Shown in pieces: positions 1 through 64,000 of a stretch of 64,000 bases of DNA. The position numbers were made by a program, and so were the translations under genes. Source of the DNA: the human T2T-CHM13v2.0 reference genome, Homo sapiens; assembly GCF_009914755.1 (NCBI RefSeq), contig NC_060944.1, one strand, 5' to 3'. Each line of letters begins with the position of its first letter. The stretch's first letter is position 1. The notes below the pieces were generated by a model. It was not told where the DNA came from. It saw nothing but the letters and a program-made list of their open reading frames with translations, and made no database searches.

Positions 1-54962
<54,962 letters not shown>

Positions 54963-57249
54963 CTTCCCGGCTCCGGGCCGCGTCCCCGAGCTCCAGGGAC
55001 AGCGCGCGCGGCGGGAGCCCGGCGGGTCTGAAGCCAGGCGGCCGGCAGGGCTCGCTCCGCCCGCGGACGTCAGGCCCCGCCCCGGCCCGCCCGAGCGCCC
55101 GAGCCCCGAGCCCCGGGGAGAGGTCCGGGGAGGCGGGGTGGGGGGGGGAAGGAGAGAGGAGGGGGAGGGGCGGCCGGGCGGCCTTAACCCTTCGGACCCC
55201 GGCCCGGCCGCCTCCCGGAAGGGGCACCTGCTGGCCTCGGGCCAGGCCGTGGGACGACGGCGCCGCCGGGCCCCCAGCCCAGGTCGTAGCTCCGGGTCCC
55301 GGGTGGGACCCTAGCGCTCCCCACGACGCCCTGGCCCCCAGAGCGCCCACCAGCTCCTCCCAGCCCAGGGGCCCACTCTTTGTTCCCCTAACTTGGGTGC
55401 ACCACTCGGCTGCCCCCGCTCCTCCCCCAACAGCGTCCGTCCTGCTGGCTGCGGGAAGGTGCCCTCTGCACCCGCGAATGACCATCTGCAGAGGAACGGG
55501 GCAGCCTAGGTGGGAACCCCCTGCTTCCTGGGGCAGCCAGGTCAGGTTCAACTCGGCCTGGCTCCCGCCTGCCCCAGCAGGGCTTAAAAATACTCTCAGA
55601 TAGGGAAATAGGGGCAGGAGGGACTGGCCTGCAGCTGCAGCCCCCTTTAGAGGACGGGGGCGGTGCTCATGGCCCCACAGCCGCCAAATTGGCTCTTAAG
55701 GAGGTCGGGGGCTCTGGTCACAGCTGCTGAGCACCTGCTGGGTGCCTGGAAGCACCTGTGCTCCGGGGCCCGGTGGACTCCACCAGCTCTCTCGGCCTGG
55801 CCTCCAACCCGCTGCACAGCCGCGCACGCGTTCCTGCCACGATCGGCGGCTCGAGGACGCCTGGCAAACAGCACAGGACCTAGAGGCCGAGATCAGGTCT
55901 TCGTCTGCCTTTGGGTGGCTGCGGCCCTGGGTCTCCTACTTCCCTTGGGCTCCGGGGCCAAATCTGCCTCCAGGGAAGCCCCGAGGGGGTGGCGGCGGGG
56001 TGGGGCTGCAGCTGCCGAGCTGGCAGCAAACCCCCATCCCTGAGCCAGGCCAGCTGGGCGGGCCATGGTCCCAGATGGGCTGTGGGGCTCATCTCTCGCT
56101 GGGTTCCCTGGACAGTCCCGGGGGGCTGGGTGGGTTTGTGGGGCACTGGCCAGCCGGTTCTGGTGGGGGTTCTGAGCTAGCAGCTGTCCCTGGAGGGTGC
56201 ACCTCCTTGCACACCTTCCTGGCGCCCTGGCCTCCTGCAAATCTCAAATCCCAAGAGGGTGTATGGCCCTTTCTCTACGGAGTCGGGAGGGCGATGGGAC
56301 CCTCTCTCCCTCCTCCTACTTTCCGGCCCGGCAATTCTTCCATAACTTCACTATTAGTTCTCCCACCTGGGGGAGGGGGGAGAGGAGGCGGCTCCCCTTG
56401 GCAGGAGAAGCTCCAAGTGGGGGAGGGGCTGGCTGGAGAGGGGGCGGAGACATCAAGGAATCTGCAGTCCAGGCGCAGAGTCCGGCTCTGAGCTGCTTTA
56501 GATCCCGTGTGAGGCAGAGAGTGGCCTCTGGGCAGTAGCGGGTCCCCAGGTGGGGGCTTGGCCCCAGGCAGTGTGCTCTGGCTCTGGGCTCCCCCTTGAC
56601 AGCTTGGGGCTCTGACAGCCTGGGGGACTGGAGGTGGAGACTCCTGAGACCCTGAGGGCTTCTTGGGATCCCTGGAGGGTCGGGTGGTTGGAGGGGTGGG
56701 ATTGCGAGTGGCGGGGCAGGGGGAGAGGTGGGGGTGGGGAGAGCACTTTAAGCCTCCTAGCGGCCAGATCAGGCCAAGCTGCCAGGCCTCCGCTGTCCCC
56801 CGGCACTGGCCAGGAGGGGAGCGGGGGCCGGCCCTGAGAATGCGCTGTGTCAGCCGGAGCTGCCAGCACCAGCAGGGTTAATCACCGGGCTCACTGCTTC
56901 CCGGCAGACAGCTGCCCCAGGAGCAACTGGCAGGCAGGCGGGCAGCGCAGTGGACAAGAGAATGTGGCCCAGGGGCTGGGTAAAGAGCCCACACTCTGCC
57001 CCCACCCTGTGTCTGCTGGTGCACGGACTGGGGAGGAGGCAGCTGGGGCAGGAGCTGAGCGTATGGAGGGCGGGGGGGCTGTCCCAGCCGGGCTACACAC
57101 AGGGGGTTGGGGAGGTGAGCAGGGAGAGGGGCAGCTCATCTCTGCACACCCCCACCCCTGCTGTCTTTGTCATGGTTCCAGTGAGTCATCACCAAATGGA
57201 CCAGCGAGCCTGTCTCCTTGTCTTTCTGAGTCCTGCGCAGCCCAGCCAC

Positions 57250-57320
57250 CTCTTCTATTTACAAATGGGGAAACTGAGGCCAAAAAGGCCAGGGTCAATC
57301 AAGAGCACACAAGTTAGTAA
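57250..57320. mobile_element. MIR core fragment (similar cores near 39185 and 48445)
   Basis: TTTACAAATGGGGAAACTGAGGC motif. Confidence 0.55.
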
Positions 57321-60300
57321 AGCAAGAGGAAGTTTGTCCATCATTCATTTCTTACTCCTATTTACTGGGCATCTTTCGGGCACCCGCCCGTGACGTAGTC
57401 CTCCCTGCAACAGGTCAGACGGCACCCCACCCCCAAACACGTCCTGTCCTGAATCCACAGAAGGGAGCTGCCCAGTCTGGGAGTGGAGGGGAGGGTAAAA
57501 GGAGGTGGCTCGCCAGGGGAGGGCCGTGGAGGAGCCTCTGTCCCACCAGGCTCTGGCTGCCCTCCAGGGACAATCCAAGATCCAGAGCCCCTGCCCACCC
57601 AGCTCCAGGGTGATGGAGCCCCAGAGGAGGTGGGTCGGGGGCAGGGGTCAGTGGCAGCCCGAGAGAAGTAGGGGCACTCCTGGCCCTGGGGAAGGGGTCT
57701 CAGATCCTCCCCCAGCCCTGGGACAAGGTCTGCTGCGGAGCCCTGGGGGCAGCCACCTCACCTGAGCCCCCAGTGCTACTCCAGTGGCATTCCTGAGAAT
57801 GCCCCCACCCTACTCGGCCACACCTGCAGGCAGCTGTGGGGGACCCTGAGGGTAGGCCACAGGCACATCTGACTCAGCCGTGAGTCGTGAACTCCTGACC
57901 TTGGGAGCCTCCTGGGGACACCGCTGTGCTGAGGACATGGGGCACCCCCACGCCCACACTCAGCTGCATCACAGGCAGCCACAATCAGTAACAGATGACT
58001 CTGCAGACCCTCCTGTCCCAGAGCCCAGGGTCCAAGTGGGTGCTGTACCCTCGGGAGAAGCCCCCAAGAGGAAGCGGGGGCTGAGCAAGAAGGAGGGCTG
58101 GAGGCTGGGCTCCTGCTAGGGCCGGGCCTGTGGGTGAGGCCTTGTGGCTCCCACTCCAGAACTGGGAATGTTGTCTCAGCGGGATGAGGTCTGGAGGAAC
58201 GCCAGCGCTGTGGTTTGGGATATCGGAGGCCACAGTCCCTTTCTCAGGGCTGCTGGGATGCCCTTCCATGGAGCCGGCTGGTAAGAACCTCCATCCCTGT
58301 CCATGAAATAGAGAAGCTGGGAGCGGGCAGCAAGGCTGGTTCTGAACTGTTCGCGTGGGCCAGCTCAGTCCTCTGGGAGGAGGACACAGAACAGCAGGTG
58401 CCGGGAAGACAAGGTCTCATCAGGATTGCATAAACCCAGCGGACTGGGAGAGCTTCTGGGCCTCTTGGCCTAGGAGGCCCCCACTGCCCTCAGCCTGGAC
58501 AGACTGCTGTAAGAGCCAGCCCGGAGTTGCAGACCCTGGGGGGCTGGCCTCAAAGGAATGGAGGCAGAGCCCAGGAAGACCCTGAGCCATAGCCAGACCC
58601 CTCCCCCAGGCCTGGAGCCCGCCTTCCCCCAGGGCTGCCACCTGCCTCCAGCCTCCGAGGGTCTGCAGGTTCCTGCTGCCAGAAGGATGGGGCCAACGGA
58701 TAGTCCGGCCTTCCTGGCCTAGGCAGGGTCTGGAAACAGCCCGTTTGGAAGGAGTGGTGCTTTTTCCTCCCTGGCTGTGACCCCAGCTGGGCCACTGCTG
58801 GGCTCCTGATGGCCTCTGGGACATGTGGTTGTTGGAAAGCACAGAGACCAGGCTCCGGGTTGACACTAACCAGGAATGAAGGACTCTGACCCACCGCTGC
58901 CTGGCCCCTGGCCCCTCTGCCACTTGCTGTGTGTGCCCAGCTCACAGGCCACGCAGCCCCAGGCACCACTCACGGGGCAGGCCCTCCACAGACTTGGGGC
59001 TCTTCAAAGCCTTCCAGGCCAGGCACCATGCCAGGAGCATGGCCACCGCCTTAGGGCTCCAGGAGACAAGTCACCCGTGCAGGTGACATGCCTCACGCCT
59101 GCCCACTCCCCGAGGCCCGACCCAAAGGCTGCCACTGGGTTCACACCTGGGGGGTTTCAGGTGGGCCCCCATGCCAGAGGGGGTGCAGACAGGCTTAGGT
59201 GGTGCCCAGTGTCGGAGATCTGGAGAGGGTCAGCATCCGGGCTCCTGGGCTCTCCACAGATGCTCCCCGAGGCTCCTCTTGCCCACCCAGCTCCTTTTCT
59301 TCCCAAGTGGCAAGGAGAAGCGCTTGGGCTGGTGCCCTGTGCAGGCGGGCCCAGCCCCATGACAAGCAGGCAAACCTGGGGTGCTCAGAAATGGGGGGGC
59401 CTCATGGAGCTCTGTGGGGTGGTCTGCGTGGCGACCGAAAGTCCAGAGTCCAGGATCCCACCTGGATGCCCCTGCCCCGGCCTGGGCCTGTGTAGCTGGG
59501 TGTGGGGGAGCCTCCACCCTGCCAGCCTTTAGGAGGGAAGGAGTAGGGGGCCCTGGGAACTCCCAGGGAGGGGGCCCGGGACCTCCCTGGGATCTAACCA
59601 CCTACAACTTGGCAGGGAAGGGGCCGGTCCAGTAACAAGGTTGCTCCCAGGACCCCAACCCATCCCCTCCCTCAAGTGGGGGCCCCTGTCAGGGCACCTC
59701 CCAGCACCTTGCTGGGGTGTGAGGCAGAGTCCAGGACTCCTGCCCCCAGATCTCTGGGGAGCCCCAGAAAAGGCATCGCCCGGGGTAAACATGCAGTGGC
59801 ACACGGCTGCAGCGTCCACCCCGAGGCCGGGCACCTACGCTTCCACGTGTCACCTTAATCTTATTTAATTGCGGTCCCCCTACCCCGTACCCCCATTCTT
59901 ACCACTTGCTTGCCTCAGGCCTAGACTGGGGAGCCCTAGTGAGCTCCAGGGGCCAGGAACCCCAGGGGAAACAGGCGGAATGGGGGCGCCCCAGCATGCT
60001 GGGCAGGGTGACTCGGGACCCTGAGCCTCTACCCCTGGGGCCTGGCCTGCCTGTGCCCTCCTCCCCCACAGGACCACGGCTCCAGCAGGCCCTCCCCTGC
60101 CTCTGTCCTTGCCTGGCTGAGCTCTGGTTCTCATAGAGGGTGGGGCGGGTGGGGGGTGAGGGTTCTGAGCTTCTCCAGGAGGTGCCCACAGACGGCCTTA
60201 TATGGCCAGAAGGCCTCGAAGCCCAGGAGGAATCTGACTTCCCAGGAGGGCCCAGTGGGCAGAGCCAGAGCCTGGGCAGGAACCTGGGACTGCGCCCTGG

Positions 60301-60659
60301 GCGAGGCCAGGGCCCCCACGAGCCCACCCTCAAATGTCTCCCATGAACCCAGCCTCCTGGGCTGAGAACCCCTCAGAGGGAGGCAGCTTGGCCCGGCCCC
60401 TCACCGACCTTGGGACATCTGGCTGGGGGTCCCACATGGATGGGAACACCTGCAGCTCTGCAAAGGCCCCTCCTCAGGACAAAGGCCTCCCCTCATCCGG
60501 GTCGGCTTTCCCGCACTGCAAGGGCAACTCCCCAGGCCCCACAGTCAGCCGCTTCCAGCCTCATGGACGCCCACGGGGCTTCATCCCCTCTGCCTGCGCC
60601 CTGGTGTGTGCCTTGGCTAGCCAGGGTCCCTGGGGCAGAGGGAAGCGTCCCCCTCCCAC

Positions 60660-61075
60660 TCCTCCCTCTCCTGACTCTCTCCCTCTGACTCTCTGCCTCT
60701 CTGTCTCCATCTGTCTGTCTCTGTTTCTGTCTCTATCTCTGTATCTCTTTCTCTGTCTGTTTCTGTCTTCAACTCTCTGTCTCTATTTCTCTATCTCTGT
60801 CTATCTCTCTGTTTCTCCGTTTCTGCTTGTCTCCATCTCTCTGTCTCTATTTCTGTCTCTGTCTCTATCTCTTTGTCTATCTCTGTTTCTCCGTTTCTGC
60901 TTGTCTCCATCTCTATTTCTGTCTCTGTCTCTATCTCTTTGTCTATCTGTTTCTCCGTTTCTGCTTGTCTCCATCTGTCTCGATCTCTGTCTCTTTGTCT
61001 CTGTTTCTCTCTGTTTCTGTATCTCTCTGTCTTTGTGTCTCTCTATCTCTCTTTGTCTCTCTTGCTCTCTTTGTG
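60660..61075. repeat. CT-rich (TCTCTG/TCTCTA)n tract with internal ~60-70 bp duplications
   Basis: TCTCCGTTTCTGCTTGTCTCCATCT recurs three times. Confidence 0.92.
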
Positions 61076-61121
61076 TTCCCCCCGCTGCTGCCCTAGCCCT
61101 GCCAAGCTCAGCCAAGGGTCT

Positions 61122-61396
61122 TAGGGATCACAGGTGTGAGCCTCGGTCACGTTCACTAGGGATCGCGGGTGTGGGCCTCGGTCACGTTCACTAGGGATCG
61201 CGGGTGTGCGCCTCGGTCACGTTCACTAGGGATCGCGGGTGTGGGCCTCGGTCACGTTCACTAGGGATCGCGGGTGTGCGCCTCGGTCACGTTCACTAGG
61301 GATCGCGGGTGTGCGCCTCGGTCACGTTCACTAGGGATCGCGGGTGTGCGCCTCGGTCACGTTCACTAGGGATCGCGGGTGTGCGCCTCGGTCACT
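61122..61396. repeat. 35-bp CpG-rich VNTR, 7 full copies plus partial ends
   Basis: CCTCGGTCACGTTCACTAGGGATCGCGGGTGTG(G/C)G starting at 61141, 61176, 61211, 61246, 61281, 61316, 61351. Confidence 0.97.
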
Positions 61397-62916
61397 TTAT
61401 TTGACTGGATCGAACGTGGGGCTTGGCTTAGTCTGGGGGCTGGTGCCACCACTGGGACACAATGGGCCACGGTTCCTGCCCAGGAGCTGGTCCAGATTCT
61501 GCAGTGAACCAGGATCCCAGGAGTGACGGCTCCCAGGCCGCGCACTTCCACACTGAAAGTGCCATCCACAACAGGGATGGGCCCTCTGTCCTTGTGCCCT
61601 CTGCCCGGGAGGCATGTTGCTGCCCCCGGCTCACAGAGGACAGTGCAGCGTGTCCTTGGGCGTCCAGGATGAGATCTCCTGACCCACATCAGCCCCCCAG
61701 ACAAAGCACATAAGGCAGAGGCAGCTCCGTGTGCTCACTGCTGCGTCCGAGCCCAGCGCTGGGCTGCTGGACGATGGTGGCTGAATGACCGATCGCCCCT
61801 CTCCCATCACCTTCCCACTGCCCCGGGACCCACATCCTCCCACACCAGGCGTGGCAGGCAAGGGCCCAGTGCCCAGACTCCAGCCTCTTTTTATGCCCGC
61901 CTGAGGCCCACACCGTGATCCTCACTCTATAGCCACCAACAGAATCAGGAAGTAAGACAATAACAACTACAGGCAGGATCCTGCGGGGACCAGTGTGGTG
62001 TCCAGTGTGGGAGCTGCTAGGACACCAGCTGGTGGTTCCTCAAAGGACTGAACACAGTTGCACACGGCCCAGCAGCTCCACACCTGGTAGCTGCAGAGAG
62101 AAGCGTAAACACGTCTCTGCACAGACACTCGTGGGTAAACACGCACGGCAGCGCCAGGCACCAGAGCCATCAGGCAGAAACAGCCCGAACGGCCATCCAG
62201 GGTCGACTGGGGAGAGAAACGTGGTCCATCCACACAGTAGACATCAGTGGACAGGAGCGGCACTCTGTACAGGCAGGCTCTTGGAGGGGCTGCCCAGGGA
62301 CCAGGGACCGGAGGCCTGGGATGTGCCATGGCCACTGGCCCCTCGCCAGTGTGGAGGGGGAGAGGGAGGAGCACGTGGATGCTGAGTGAGCCTGCAGAGC
62401 CAGTTCAGGCGGGCAGGTGCCTGGGAGTCTTCAGGTGGAGGTCAGTAGAAGCAGGGTACTTCTTGGTGCTTATGGGCCACCCACACAGCCTGCCAACACC
62501 AGCTGGACCTGTGCTCATGCACAGAGAGGTGGGGGCCTGTGTTTAGGGCCATCACATACCCAGGACACCCAGCCCTACACACTGACTCAGCCTGGGGCGG
62601 GAGAGACAGCCCCGCAGCTGCCTCTGTCTTCAGCCCGGTCTGCCAGGAGCCTGAGTTACTAGGCAGGTCCAGGGCCTGACCCCCGTCCCCTAGGGTCTTC
62701 ATTGATTCAAACCGCCAAGCAACACCTCAGCCACCTCCACCTATTGCCAGCCCAGTTTCACGAAAGGAAGGCTGAAAGGTGGGAGGATGGCAGTGCCACT
62801 GAATCCCCTGGGCTGGCTGCCCCAGCTCCGGCAGGAAGATGCCCCAGCTGGGCCCCCATGTGCCTGTCCCCTGCCAGGAGGGGGAGGGGGAGGGGGTGGG
62901 CCAGGTGAGGAGGTAA

Positions 62917-63791
<875 letters not shown>

Positions 63792-64000
63792 CCCCTTGTT
63801 ATCTGTATTTTACAGATGGGGAGGCTTGGTTGCAGGTGAAGTGTGGCCATGTCCTGCCAGCCCCCCGGAGCTGGTGAATCCCTGCCTTATCTGCAAGTGG
63901 CTTCTCCCCACACAGAAAGGCGAAAGGCGACCTCCGCCTGAGTGTTCCAGCAAAGGCCGACTGGCTCAGCTCCAATATGCCGAGCTCGGCAGAGCCTGGA

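Noticed and set aside
60334-61194. Hydrophobic membrane-like 286-aa ORF
   Set aside because: The Leu/Ser/Cys stretch is the translation of a CT-rich microsatellite
61141-61396. CRISPR-like 35-bp repeat array
   Set aside because: Units are head to tail with no unique spacers, there are no cas genes, and the DNA is eukaryotic

Overview
Human (or near-human primate) genomic DNA containing the 5' ~two thirds of LAMA5 (laminin subunit alpha-5) on the minus strand. I traced 55 complete coding exons and the first 18 nt of exon 56 by splice signals and phase. The spliced frame stays open from the ATG at 54960-54962 to the window edge (7529 nt, ~2509 codons): signal peptide, LN domain, LE repeats, L4/LF globular domains with two RGD motifs, and the start of the coiled coil. 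A CpG-island promoter lies at ~54.2-55.3 kb, with ~9 kb of upstream sequence. Introns hold the MIR4758 mirtron, about 17 Alus, MER20, MER58A, L1 fragments and many low-complexity or minisatellite tracts. Most unusual observations: (i) the 4.6-kb intron 53 is almost pure C/U on the transcript and has only two internal AG dinucleotides; (ii) the gene's own 5' splice sites are tandemly duplicated into the downstream intron at exons 4, 6, 18 and 29; (iii) an in-frame stop plus a sense L1 3' end in intron 11 could yield a LaNt-like short secreted isoform; (iv) a weak GC-AG donor sits next to a stop-free 69-nt intron; (v) one Alu has a 68-bp target-site duplication; (vi) a CpG-rich 35-bp VNTR lies upstream of the promoter. 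Gene and repeat names come from recognition and were not searched against databases.
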